A DNA stretch of 64,000 bases from Eledone cirrhosa (GCA_964016885.1 OZ024748.1:40920001-40984000), one strand, 5' to 3'; positions 27,200 through 39,921 are shown, numbered from the stretch's first letter. Program-made: numbers and translations. Notes: a model not told the origin generated them from the sequence alone.

Positions 27200-28410
27200 G
27201 TTGTGTCTGTCTCTGTGTGTGTGTTTATGTTGTTATGTGTGTGTTTATGTTGTTATGTGTGTCTTTGTGTGTGTGTGTTTATGTTGTTATGTGTGTCTTT
27301 GTGTGTGTTTATGTTGTTATGTGTGTCTTTGTGTGTGTGTGTTTATGTTGTTATGTGTGTCTTTGTGTGTGTGTGTGTTTATGTTGTTATGTGTGTCTTT
27401 GTGTGTGTGTGTTTATGTTGTTATGTGTGTCTTTGTGTGTGTGTGTGTTTATGTTGTTATGTGTGTCTTTGTGTGTGTGTGTTTATGTTGTTATGTGTGT
27501 CTTTGTGTGTGTGTGTGTTTATGTTGTTATGTGTGTCTTTGTGTGTGTGTGTGTTTATGTTGTTATGTGTGTCTTTGTGTGTGTGTGTTTATGTTGTTAT
27601 GTGTGTCTTTGTGTGTGTGTGTGTTTATGTTGTTATGTGTGTCTTTGTGTGTGTGTGTGTTTATGTTGTTATGTGTGTCTGTGTGTGTGTTTATGTTATG
27701 TGTGTCTTTGTGTGTGTGTGTGTTTATGTTATGTGTGTCTTTGTGTGTATGTGTGTTTATGTTGTTATGTGTGTCTTTGTGTGTGTGTGTTTATGTTGTT
27801 ATGTGTGTCTGTGTGTGTGTTTATGTTGTTATGTGTGTCTGTCTGTGTGTTTATGTTATCTGTGTCTGTGTGTGTGTGTGTCTGTGTGTGTGCTTATGTT
27901 GTTATGTGTGTCTGTGTGTATGTTTATGTTGTTATGTGTGTCTGTGTGTGTTTATGTTGTTATGTGTGTCTGTGTGTGTGCTTATGTTGTTATGTGTGTC
28001 TGTGTGTGTGTTTATGTTGTTATGTGTGTCTGTGTGTTTATGTTGTTATGTGTGTCTGTATGTGTGTGTGTGTGTGTTTATGTTATGTGTGTCTGTGTGT
28101 GTGTTTATGTTGTTATGTGTGTCTGTGTGTGTGTTTATGTTGTTATGTGTGTCTGTGTGTGTGTGTGTTTATGTTGTTATATGTGTCTGTGTGTGTGTTT
28201 ATGTTGTTATGTGTGTTTGGGTGTGTCTTTATGTTGTTATGTGTGTCTGTATGTGTTTATGTGGTTAAGTGTGTCTGGATGTGTGTGTTTATGTTGGTAT
28301 GTGTGTCTGTGTGTGTGCGTTTATATGGTTATCTTGTTCTCTAGTTGTGTCTGTTTATGTGTTTATGTGATGTGTGTGTTTATGCGGTTATGTGTGTGTG
28401 TGTTTATGTA
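27200..28410. repeat. TG-rich minisatellite (TTTATGTTGTTATGTGTGTCT(TG)n)
   Basis: Begins about 48 nt after the exon 2 donor. Confidence 0.95.
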
Positions 28411-28516
28411 TATATATATATATATATTTTGCCACAGCAAAAAAGCACCCAGCCCACACTCTAAAGTGGACATGTAGGGGGCACAGAAAAAAAGCACACA
28501 GCACTCACTGTAAATC

Positions 28517-28867
28517 GAAAGGTTGTGAGTTCAATTCTCAGACCAGGTGATGTGTTGTTTCCTTGAGCAAGACACTTTATTACATATTGCTCCAGTTTAC
28601 TCAGCTGTAGAAATGAGATGATAGGGACTGGGGTCCATATCATTCCACTGCAAAGTGGTCGTGGAGGTGCCACGGCAAAGGAGCACCCATCATTCACTGT
28701 AAATAAGGTTGGTGTTAGGAAGGGCATCCAGCTGTAGAAATCAAGCCAGAATCAGTTCCCGTATGAGCAAGACATGGTCAGCTGACCGGACACTGCCTAC
28801 AACAGGACAACCCCTCTAACCCATGCTAGCGTGGAAGAACTGACGTAAAACGGTGATGATGATGATG
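28517..28867 (+). mobile_element. SINE family 2 (tRNA head, CORE-like domain, RTE-derived tail)
   Basis: B-box GAGTTCAATTCTC, CCTTGAGCAAGACACTTT core, tail GGTGTTAGGAAGGGCATCCAGCTGTAGAAA...(GAT)n. Confidence 0.82.
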
Positions 28868-28878
28868 ATATATATGTG

Positions 28879-28925
<47 letters not shown>

Positions 28926-29565
28926 GTAATAAATATAAATCAATATATATGATGAAACACAGATACCAACATATCTTTGTTTATATTGCAAAAGGAATAA
29001 GTTAGCTAGAATGAAATATACTAATTATAATATTACAGCCTGCCTACATCGATTTAAAATAATAAATCAACGCAAACAAACAGTATTGGCAAATGGCCAT
29101 GGTGTTTAGACAAATTTAAATTTCAAAATCAAACCTGTTCCGTAGATAAGTTTAAACTTTAAAATCCAAATATGTTTCGAGGTAAATAAGTATAAGGATA
29201 TCAAGTCCTGCTCTCTTCAGTAAACACCCTAGACAAATTGATATGCTTCACTTCCAAATATTTTTAAAAGACTGTTTAACGCACATGGTATTACAGTTTC
29301 TAGCCAGCCTCATACGCGTACTGCTAGAAATAACAGCCGTATATATGGGGCTACTATCAGCTCAACCAAAGGAGCAATTTTATTAAGTGTAATGAGTTCA
29401 AATCTCAAGCATTCATATATATATGTATATATGTAAACATAGAGATATGTGTTCAATCACTCTCGTGGTTTTTGACTCCCTATGATTGAACACATATCTC
29501 TGTCTACTTCTCTCTATATGCTGATTTATAAAGAGCCTGGAATCTATTCCTTGAGCTCATTACAT

Positions 29566-29673
29566 TAATCCCACCAAGGTTGACTTTGCCTTTCATCCTT
29601 ACTGGGTCGATAAAATAAAGTACCAGTAATGCACTGGGTAATTGCTGACCTTGTGCCTAAAGTAGAAACAATT
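29566..29673 (+). mobile_element. SINE family 1, 3' part
   Basis: Core and 3' end present. Confidence 0.85.
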
Positions 29674-29675
29674 AC

Positions 29676-29709
<34 letters not shown>

Positions 29710-29711
<2 letters not shown>

Positions 29712-29998
29712 AAAATGAGGTTTACAAGATGTCCTACACAAGTGAAAGTATAAAGAAAAAAAATAAAATCGAAAATGCAACTGGAGTCTTTTGAAGAATA
29801 TTTATTTGTTTCCTTTGCCGGTTTCACACTTCTTATACTTTTCAAAAGTAGAATTGAGATGGAGGGTTTGTGCTTTTTCTCGCAAACCCTCCATCTCAAT
29901 TCTACTTTTGAAAAGCATAAGAACTGTGAAACCGATAAACGAAACAAATAAATATTCTTAAAAAGACTCCAGTTGCATTTTCGATTTTATCTTTTTTC
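29710..29998. repeat. Foldback family F with degenerate hammerhead half-core
   Basis: Arms about 29752-29870 and 29882-29996; GAAACCGG/GAAACCGATA in the arms. Confidence 0.85.
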
Positions 29999-30006
29999 AT
30001 TATATA

Positions 30007-30890
30007 CAGGGTGCGGAAGATATTTGTTCGCAATTTTCAACTGTTAATTTTATGCACATTTTTTTTACTTCCGTTGTCACTCTTGACTTCATGAAAACAG
30101 TGACTATATTTCCATTATTTATTTTCAGAATAATTGATTATGAATAATTTTGAACCTCCAAAGATGTGGAAGAGACAGGGAGTTCTTCTTGGAATCCGTG
30201 CCGGGAGGACAAATAAGATCAGCAGATCAACTCCCAGAACAACAGGTGGCTCGCTGTCTCATCCAAAGACGTGCCCAGAGTCATGCAGACAAAGTTTCCA
30301 GCGACAACATTGGTCTTAGGTGTCGTCAGCAGTCAAGGTGACGTCATGCCACCACAGTTCTTCCCTGAGGGCCTCAAGCTGAACACCGATGGCTACATCC
30401 ACGTTCTGAGCGAGGTAGTAAAGCTCTGGATTGACCAGGTAGCTGCAAGTAGGCCGTACGTGTGGCAGCAAGACTCAGCGCCCTCCCATACCAGCCAAAA
30501 AACCCAAGCCTGGTTGTCAGAGAACTTCGTCGACCACACTTCACTTGACATCTGGCCTCCCAGCTCGCCTGACTGCAACCCCCTCGACTTCTTTGTGTGG
30601 AGCGCAGTGGAATGAGACACCAACAGATCTAGTTGCAATACGAAAGACAATCTGAAGGCCAGGATCACAAGTGCCTTTAGGAGCCTAAGTCGGGGGACAG
30701 TGACGAAGGCCTGTAGCTGGTTCCGAGGCCACCTTGAGGCCTTCAAATGGCAGGTTTATCAAGTGAGATCGAAAGAACAAGTCATGAAGACAAACTGACC
30801 CAAGTTTGATAAATAAATCTTAAAAAATAAAACTACTGTGTTATTTTTTCCTAGACAGTAATCTTGGGAACAAATATCGTCCGCACCCTG
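30007..30890 (+). mobile_element. Internally deleted Tc1/mariner-superfamily element, DD37D (maT type)
   Basis: TA flanks, TIRs CAGGGTGCGGA.GATATTTGTTC, transposase remnant WQQDSAPSH...WPPSSPDCNPLDFFVW with 37 residues between the two Asp; premature stop. Confidence 0.9.
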
Positions 30891-30941
30891 TATATATATA
30901 TAATATATTATTATTATGTAATAAACAACATAAGGCAATTA

Positions 30942-31001
30942 TTCCATTTACCAGTGGTTTCTTAAAAGCAAAAGGTTTTGCTTTCAATCATCAGAACGGA
31001 A
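30942..31001 (-). ncRNA. Type I hammerhead ribozyme
   Basis: Minus strand: TTCCGTT-CTGATGA-TTGAAAGCAAAA cc TTTTGCTTTTAA-GAA-ACCA c TGGT-A-AATGGAA. All three stems pair. Confidence 0.82.
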
Positions 31002-31813
31002 AAATCCTGGTTTGTTTATTGAATTTGGATTACAAACAAAAATGCAATCTATATGAAAGTGAGGCTGGAGAAGGGAGAAGGAAAGGAAAAATAAAATAAA
31101 ATAAAACTACGCATGCAAACACACACACACAAAAAAACCCAAAAGCATACTTACACACACATACATATATACATATATATATATGTACGCATACATATAT
31201 ACATATACACATATATATAAAAAACGTACACTTACATACACAAACACATATATACACACATATACACATACAAACATTAATACATATACACACACGCACA
31301 CACACACACACACACACGCATATCCACACACATATATATATGTACATATATATATATATATATATACATATATATACATATACACACATACACATACACA
31401 CACATACACATGTGTGTGTACAAGCATACACATACACAAACATAGCCATACACACACACATATATATACACATACATACATTCACACAAACATACAAAAC
31501 GTACATACATACACATACATGAATGCACTCCTCTACATATTCACGCACGCAAATAAATATAAGAAAAAAATATATATATATATATTTTAAAAATTTTTGA
31601 CACCGATACATGCCCCAGCTAACAGGACAGACACGCGTGGTAAGTAATACACACAAAAGCACGTATACATACGTACGAAATAGTAAACACATACACACAC
31701 TCTCATACATAAATATACATAAACAAATACAAAAACACATACATACACATACATACACAAACACGCACACGTATACATATTAAACACACACACATATGTA
31801 TATGTAATTATAT

Positions 31814-31850
<37 letters not shown>

Positions 31851-32053
31851 CAAAAATATAAAAATATAAACGCACACACACACACACACACACGCATATA
31901 CGTAAAAACACATATACATACATAGCTAAACAATTATACATGCAAATACGTATATATCAAAAACACGCACAACCAAATACAAATACACACACACACACAC
32001 ACACAACCACACACACACATATACATAAAAAAATAATAAATACACACACACAT

Positions 32054-32102
<49 letters not shown>

Positions 32103-32252
32103 TACACACATACGTACATATACACATATGCATACACATACACACACACATATACATGTGTGTATGTGTAAAACTCAGTATTAGAAAACACAAATGAACC
32201 TTACATAAACGTATATATAGTAGTAAAGTAATAAAGCAACATAAGGCAATTA

Positions 32253-32312
32253 TTCCATTCACCAGAGGTTTCTTAAAAGCAAAAAATGTTTCCTTCAGTC
32301 TTCAGAATGAAA
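32253..32312 (-). ncRNA. Degenerate paralog of the 30942 hammerhead
   Basis: TTTCATT-CTGAAGA...GAAACCTCTGGTG-AATGGAA, with G at the cleavage position and an eroded stem II. Confidence 0.55.
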
Positions 32313-32389
32313 AAAATGAAAAAAACCTGGTTTATCCACATATACATACATATACACACACAAATATACATATATATACACATACACAT

Positions 32390-32446
<57 letters not shown>

Positions 32447-33330
32447 CATATATATATATATACATATATATATACACACAAAAATACATATACATACGCA
32501 TAGGTATGTGAAGGGCAAAACAAAAAGAATATATGGGGGGGGGGGCTAAGAGGAGGTAAAATATAAGGGGAGGTAAGGGAGAAAAAAATGTTGTAAATAT
32601 ACAAGAGTACAGAAGGTAGAATCAGCAAAATAAAAACCGTAGCAGAAGTAAAGAGCAGAGAAGGAGTTCAAGGCGGTTGATTTATCATAGGAGTGTCAAT
32701 CCAGTTACAGATCAGATGCGATTTCAGATGAGGACAGCATCTGAAGATCTCAGTCTTTGAGTTAAGGCAAGCGGAAGTGGCTCTCAAGTTTAGCAAAATC
32801 CTATACTTTTCTGTGGTGCACAAAGAACAATTCTTTGTGCCCCTTTGGTACTCCCTCGAATGGTCTAATATAGACCAATCAATAGAGTACGGGATATTAC
32901 TATCCTTGAGATCCCATACCTTACTTGCGAGAGCCGTTGATGTTCGTTTATCAGAGTGCTTAAAAGAAGCGACATGTGAGTAAAATCTGGTTTTAAACCT
33001 GTCCTGGGTCATACCGACATATCGCTCACTCCTGGCTGGCTGGTTGTTGATAACTGGCGTTATCTTAGCCTCATAAACGACAGATTTTGTGTTACATTTA
33101 CCCTGCAATGGGCATTCATCCGGCTTCCTGCAACTGCATCCTGGATTTATCCTCGTACGGTTTGAACTGGTGATTTTGGACTTCATGGATGGGCAACAAG
33201 AGTAGCTGATCTTAACTACATTCCTATTAAAAATCTTATAATATTTGCCTTGGTTGCCCTTGAAATATGTATAATAAAATAAATATGGTTTTATAAATAT
33301 AGTTTCCATTTATTAATATATTGTGTATAT

Positions 33331-33516
33331 AAGCAGTGGATTGGCAGTATTGGTAGTGTCGGATGCCATGCTTTGACGCATAGAGTTACGGCCCTTGCCA
33401 TTCTGAGTTCAAATCCCGCCAAGGTTAACTTTGCCTTTCATCCTTACGGGGTCGATAAAATAAAGTACCAGTAATACACTGGGTAATTGTTGGCCTTGTG
33501 CCTAACGTAGAAATAA
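33331..33516 (+). mobile_element. SINE family 1 with 17-bp target-site duplication, inserted in a family B arm
   Basis: ATTAATATATTGTGTAT at 33312-33328 and 33516-33532. Confidence 0.9.
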
Positions 33517-33639
33517 TTAATATATTGTGTATTTACTCCGCCCACTGTTGAGTGCTTTATATCAGTTATAAACATTTTTAAGCTTGTTGAATCCCAACAA
33601 ATTAAATATAACCTCTGTATATATATATATATATATATA

Positions 33640-34035
33640 TTTCGTTTCTGAATTTAGGACAAAATGAAAACACACACGCACATAGAACAAACAATCAACC
33701 GGTAACATGTAAATAAACAAATAAATAAACGAATATAAACACACACAGACACCCGGATGTGGCGCATGCGCAGACTGAACACACAACACACACACAGAAA
33801 CAAAATGGCATAGGACAGAACAAAGAAGAGGCACAAAAACAAAGAAAAGAATTCCCAGTCACTGAAGAGGTCACAGAATGTGTGACGAAAGAACTTTGAC
33901 AATATATAAACAACCACCTGGTTGTGGAACCAACCAACCAACCGGAAATTTATAAATTCCTAAATTTATAAATTTATTATAATAAATTGAAGTGAAAGCA
34001 ACTGGTGCGTGTGTTTCTTATTGGCAACATGACCC
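33640..34035 (+). mobile_element. Family C element with hammerhead at 33858-33900
   Basis: GTCA-CTGAAGA-g GTCACA gaatg TGTGAC-GAAAGAACTT-TGAC. Only a short TTCGTTTCTGAATTT inverted stub at the left end. Confidence 0.8.
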
Positions 34036-34067
34036 TCCCAAAGTATAACAATATATATATATATATA

Positions 34068-34413
34068 TCATCATTTCATCATCATTTCATTTTACGTCCG
34101 CTTTTTCCCTGCTTGCAAGGGTGGGACGGGAACTGATTCTGGCTTGATTTCTACAGCTGGATGCCCTTCCTAACACCAACCTCATTTACAGTGAGTGCTG
34201 GGTGCTTTTTTGCCGTGGCACCTCCACGACCACTTTGCAGTGGAATGATAGGGACCCCAGTCCCTATCATCTCATTTCTACAGCTGAGTAAACTGGAGCA
34301 ATGTGAAATAAAGTGTCTTGCTCATGGAAACAACACATCGCCCGGTTTGAGAATTGAACTCACAACCTTTCGATTGCAAGGCCAATGCTCTAACCACTAA
34401 GCCATGTGCCTCC
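34068..34413 (-). mobile_element. SINE family 2, full length
   Basis: tRNA-like head GGAGGCACATGGCTTAGTGGTTAGAGC, CORE-like block and RTE-like tail on the minus strand. Confidence 0.88.
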
Positions 34414-34506
34414 ATATATATATGTGTGTGTGTGTATAATAGCCAGTTATATTACATTGAATATAATACTATAATATATACTCTAATTATATTTTATTTT
34501 CTCCAG

Positions 34507-34655
34507 TAACAGAAGCAGCTGTTGCCTCGAGGAATGTCAATTTGGTGTGTATGGGAATAGATACTGTAGCACAAATCTATATTAATGGTTATCATGTTCG
34601 AAATACTTCCAATATGTTTGTCCGTTATGTGAGTGATGTGAAAAACTATGTCGTG
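34507..34655 (+). CDS. MANBA: MANBA exon 3 (ITEAAVASRNVNLVCMGIDTVAQIYINGYHVRNTSNMFVRYVSDVKNYVV)
   Basis: ttttctccag acceptor, GTAAGT donor at 34656, G.DT.A...NG and NMF.RY motifs; phase 1/0. Confidence 0.94.
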
Positions 34656-35014
34656 GTAAGTAACCCTATCTCTACTTATCCTTCCTTTAGTCTCTTGATA
34701 ATGGTCCATCTTGTGTTTTATATCCTAACACCACTGTATCTGTCTCTCTCTCTCTCTATCTCTTTCTCACCCCTCTCTCTCCCTCTCTTGCTGATTTCTT
34801 ACTAACACCAATCACATCTTATCTCGATATATTGAGAGAGAGAGAGAGAGATTGTATGTGAAAGACAGATAGATATCACCACAGTAACTAACTCCACAGC
34901 AAGTGACACTGTCCCACCGATTGTCCCAGCTTGTTGCCAACCATTGTTGACGGCTTGAGTGTCAGTTGAGACACTCTTTATGAACCGAGACATTTTATGT
35001 TTATGGACTGATTT

Positions 35015-35375
35015 GTCCACCACTACCACCGCTACAACACCACCACCACCACCGCTACAACACCACCACCACCACCACTACAACACCACCACCACCACCA
35101 CCACCACAATCTCCACCACCACCACCATCACCACCACCACTACAACACCACCACCACCACCGCTACAACACCACCACCACCACCACTACAACACCACCAC
35201 CACCACAATCTCCACCACCACCACCATAATCTCCACCACCACCACCATCACCACTACCGCTACAACACCACAACCACCACCACTAGAACATCACGACCAC
35301 CACTCCATCACCACCACAACCACCACTACAACACCACCACCACCATCACCACCACAACCACTACATCACCGCCAC
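35015..35375. repeat. (CAC)n-rich array
   Basis: Direct inspection. Confidence 0.9.
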
Positions 35376-35389
35376 CATTTGCATATAAT

Positions 35390-38300
35390 TGGGAGAGATG
35401 GTGTGAGTGAGAGAGAGAGATGGGGAGAGTGAAAGAGAGGCAGTGAGTGAAAGAGGGAGATGGGGAGAGTGAGAGAGAGGCAGTGAGTGAAAGAGGGAGA
35501 TGGGGATAGTGAGAGAGAGGCAGTGAGTGAAAGAGGGAGATGGGGAGAGTGAGAGAGAGGCAATGAGTGAAAGAGGGAGATGGGGAGAGTGAGAGAGAGG
35601 CAGTGAGTGAAAGAGAGAGATGGGGAGAGTGAGAGAGAGGCAGTGAGTGAAAGAGAGAGATGGGGAGAGTGAGAGAGAGGCAGTGAGTGAAAGAGGGAGA
35701 TGGAGAGAGTGAGAGAGAGGCAGTGAGTGAAAGAGGGAGATGGGGAGAGTGAGAGAGAGGCAGTGAGTGAAAGAGGGAGATGGGGAGAGTGAGAGAGAGA
35801 GGCAGTGAGTGAAAGAGGGAGATGGGGAGAGTGAGAGAGAGGCAGTGAGTGAAAGAGGGAGATGGGAAGAGTGAGAGAGAGGCAATGAGTGAAAGAGAGA
35901 GTGGGGAGAGTGGGAGAGAGGCAGTGAGTGAAAGAGGGAGATGGGGAGAGTGAGAGAGAGGCAGTGAGTGAAAGAGAGAGATGGGGAGAGTGAGAGAGAG
36001 GCAGTGAGTGAAAGAGAGAGAGATGGGGAGAGTGAGAGACGGGCAGTGAGTGAAAGAGAGAGATGAGGAGAGTGAGAGAGAGAGGCAGTGAGTGAAAGAG
36101 GGAGATAGGGACAGTGAGAGAGAGGCGGTGAGTGGAAAGTGAGAGAGAGGCAATGAGTGAAAGAGGGAGATGGGGAGAGTGAGAGAGCAGTAGTAGGTGA
36201 AAGAGAGAGATAGGGAGAGTGAGAGAGAGGAAGTTAGTGAAAGAGAGAGATGGGGAGAGTGAGAGAGTGGCAGTGAGTGAAAGAGAGAGATGGGGAGAGT
36301 GAGAGAGAGGCAGTGAGTGAAAGAGGAAGATGGGGAGAGTGAGAGAGAGGTAATGAGTGAAAGAGAGAGATGGGGAGAGTGAGAGAGAGGCAATGAGTGA
36401 AAGATGGAGATGGGGAGAGTGAGAGAGAGAGCCAGTGAGTGAAAGAGGGAGATGGGGAGAGTGAGAGACAGGCAGTGAGTGAAAGAGGGAGTTGGGGAGA
36501 GAGAGAGAGGCAGTGAGTGAAAGAGGGAGATGGGGAAAGTGAGAGAGAGCCAATGAGTGAAAGAGGGAGATGGGGAGAGTGAGAGAGAGCCAGTGAGTGA
36601 AAGAGGGTGATGGGGAGAGTGAGAGAGAGGCAGTGAGTGAAAGATGGAGTTGGGGAGAGTGAGAGAGAGGCAGTGAGTGAAAGAGGGAGATGGGGAGAGT
36701 GAGAGACGGGCAGTGAGTGAAAGAGAGAGATGAGGAGAGTGAGAGAGTGCGGCAGTGAGTGAAAGAGGGAGATGGGGAGAGTGAGAGACAGGCAGTGAGT
36801 GAAAGAGAGAGATGAGGAGAGTGAGAGAGTGAGGCAGTGAGTGAAAGAGGGAGATAGGGAGAGTGAGAGACGGGCAGTGAGTGAAAGAGAGAGATGAGGA
36901 GAATGAGAGAGAGAGGCAGTGAGTGAAAGAGGGAGATGGGGAGAGTGAGAGACAGGCAGTGAGTGAAAGAGAGAGATGAGGAGAGTGAGAGAGAGGCAGT
37001 GAGTGAAAGAGAGAGATGGGGAGAGTGTGAGAGAGGTAGTAGGTGAAAGAGAGAGATAGGGAGAGTGAGAGAGAGGAAGTTAGTGAAAGAGAGGCAATGA
37101 GTGAAAGAGAGAGAGTGGCAGTGAGTTAAAAAGAGAGATGAGGAGAGTGAGAGAGAGCCAGTGAGTGAAAGAGGGAGATGGGGAGAGTGAGAGACGGGCA
37201 GTGAGTGAAAGAGAGAGTGAGGAGAGTGAGAGAGTGAGGCAGTGAGTGAAAGAGGGAGATGGGGAGAGTGAGAGAGAGGCAGTGATTGAAAGAGGGAAAT
37301 GGGGAGAGTGAGAGAGAGGCAGTGAGTGAAAGAGGGAGATGGGGAGAGTGAGAGAGGCAGTTAGTGAAAGAGGGAGATGAGGAGAGTTAGAGACGGGCAG
37401 TTAGTGAAAGAGAGAGATGAGGAGAGTGAGAGAGAGGCAGTGAGTGAAAGAGGGAGATGGGGAGAGTGAGAGAGAGGCAGTGAATGAAAGAGAGAGATGG
37501 GGAAAGTGAGAGAGAGGCAATGAGTGAAAGAGAGAGATGGGGAGAGTGAGAGAGAGGCAGTGAGTGAAAGAGAGAGATGGGGAGAGTGAGAGAGAGGCAG
37601 TGAGTGAAAGAGGGAGATGTGGAGAGTGAGAGAGAGGCAGTGAGTGAAAGAGAGAGATGGGGAGAGTGAGAGAGAGAGCCAGTGAGTGAAAGACGGAGAT
37701 GGGGAGAGTGAGAGAGAGGCAGTGAATGAAAGAGGGAGATGGGGAGAGTGAGAGAGAGGCAGTGAATGAAAGAGAGAGATGGGGAAAGTGAGAGAGAGGC
37801 AATGAGTGAAAGAGAGAGATGGGGAGAGTGAGAGAGAGGCAGTGAGTGAAAGAGAGAGATGGGGAGAGTGAGAGAGAGGCAGTGAGTGAAAGAGAGAGAT
37901 GGGGAGAGTGAGAGAGAGGGGGAGAGTGTGAGAGAGGTAGTAGGTGAAAGAGAGAGATAGGGAGAGTGAGGGCGAGGAAGTTAGTGTAAGAGAGAGGTAG
38001 GGAGAGTGAGAGAGTGGCAGTGAGTGAAAGAGAGAGATGGGGAAAGTGAGAGAGAGGCAATGAGTGAAAGAGGGAGATGGGGAGAGTGAGAGACAGGCAG
38101 TGAGTGAAAGAGAGAGATGGGGAGAGTGAGAGAGAGGCAGTGAGTGAAAGAGAGAGATGGGGAGAGTGAGAGAGAGGCAGTGAGTGAAAGAGGGAGATGT
38201 GGAGAGTGAGAGAGAGGCAGTGAGTGAAAGAGAGAGATGGGGAGAGTGAGAGAGAGAGCCAGTGAGTGAAAGACGGAGATGGGGAGAGTGAGAGAGAGGC

Positions 38301-38520
38301 AGTGAATGAAAGAGGGAGATGGGGAGAGTGAGAGAGAGGCAGTGAGTGAAAGAGAGAGATGGGGAGAGTGAGAGAGAGGCAGTGAATGAAAGAGGGAGAT
38401 GGGGAGAGTGAGAGAGAGCCAGTGAGTAAAAGAGGGAGATGGGGAGAGTGAGAGAGAGGCAGTGAATGAAAGAGAGAGATCGGGTGAGTGAGAGGGAGGC
38501 AGTGAGTGAAAGAGGGAGAA
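35390..38520. repeat. 3.1-kb purine-rich 40-bp minisatellite
   Basis: GAGAGAGAGGCAGTGAGTGAAAGAGGGAGATGGGGAGAGT. Confidence 0.97.
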
Positions 38521-38587
38521 CATCAACACACACATGCATTTGATTAGACAAAGAAAGTTGAGAAGAAAGTAATTTTAATTATATACA

Positions 38588-39660
38588 CAATATCTAAATA
38601 TGTACCAATCAATATCTAAATATGTACCAATCAATATCTGAATATGTACCAATCAATATCTAAATATGTACCAATCAATATCTAAATATGTACCAATCAA
38701 TATCTAAATATGTACCAATCAATATCTTAACATGTACCAATCAATATCTGAATATGTACCAATCAATATCTAAATATGTACCAATCAATATCTAAATATG
38801 TACCAATCAATATCTAAATATGTACCAATCAATATCTAAATATTTACCAATATCTGAATATGTACCAATATCTAAATATGTACCAAATATGAGGGCGGTG
38901 GATTGGCAGTATCGGTAGAGAGTCGGACGCCATGCTTTGGAGCAAAGAGTTACGGCCCTTTATGATCTGAGTTCAAATCCCGCCGAGGTTAACTTTGCCT
39001 TTCATCCTCATGGGGTCGATAAAATAAAGTACTAGTCATGCACTGGGGTCGATTTAATCGACTTTCCCCTCCCCCAAAATCAATGGCCTTGTGCCTATAT
39101 AAGAAACCAATATCTAAATATGTACCAATATCTAAATATGTACCAATATCTAAATATGTACCAATCAATATCTAAATATGTACCAATCAATATCTAAATA
39201 TGTACCAATATCTGAATATGTATCAACCAATATCTAAATTTGTACCAATCAATATCTAAATATGTATCAATTAATATCTAAATATGTACCAATATCTGAA
39301 TATGTACCAATATCTCAATATTTACCAATCAATATCTGAATATGTACCAATCAATATCTAAATATGTACCAATCAATATCTCAATATGTACCAATCAATA
39401 TCTTAATATGTACCAATCAATATCTCAATATGTACCAATATCTCAATGTGTACCAATATCTCAATATGTACCAATATCTCAATATGTACCAATCAATATC
39501 TAAATATGTACCAATATCTAAATATGTACCAATCAATATCTAAATATGTACCAATATCTAAATATGTACAAATCAATATCTAAATATGTACCAATCTATA
39601 TCTCAATATGCAACAATCAATATCTAAATATGTACCAATCAATTTTCATGTTACCAATAT
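38588..39660. repeat. 18/22-bp minisatellite (AATATCTAAATATGTACC(AATC)) interrupted by a SINE
   Basis: Runs up to the exon 4 acceptor; contains a SINE family 1 copy at 38893-39107. Confidence 0.95.
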
Positions 39661-39665
39661 TTCAG

Positions 39666-39865
39666 GTTGGCATCAATGAAATAACAGTTGTGTTCACCTC
39701 CCCAGTCACCGCTGCTGCCCAAGTCAATGACAAACTTCCTTATAATGTGCCACCCAATTGTCCTAATCCAAAACAAAATGGTGAATGTCATATTAATCTA
39801 CTGCGAAAGATGCAAGCATCATTTAGCTGGGACTGGGGACCAGCTTTTCCTACACAGTCTATTTG
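39666..39865 (+). CDS. MANBA: MANBA exon 4 (VGINEITVVF...CHINLLRKMQASFSWDWGPAFPTQSI)
   Basis: tttcag acceptor, GTGAGT donor at 39866, diagnostic RK.Q.SFSWDWGP; phase 0/2. Confidence 0.95.
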
Positions 39866-39921
39866 GTGAGTGTTTATTATTTACCTCAGGCTTCTTCAAA
39901 CTGGTTAATAACGCCCTCCCT

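Larger units (their letters stand above)
30910..33250 (-). mobile_element. 5'-truncated Penelope-like element, Hydra-type GIY-YIG endonuclease, tandem 3' repeats
   Basis: ORF 32668-33250: KISYSC, CSCRKPDECPLQGKC (CxCx5Cx5C), VVYEA..YVGMT..FKTRFYSH, ST.LA..W, CSLCTTEK. Downstream repeated segments at 32200-32340 and 30915-31020. Confidence 0.85.

Noticed and set aside
27006-27200. ORF-track peptide MSRILPLFPG...
   Set aside because: Wrong frame; the real exon 2 is read in another frame.
33250-33309. N-terminus [11 protein letters not shown] of the GIY-YIG ORF as a real start
   Set aside because: It comes from the family B repeat arm fused to a 5'-truncated ORF; the same sequence occurs without the ORF at 3875 and 10285.
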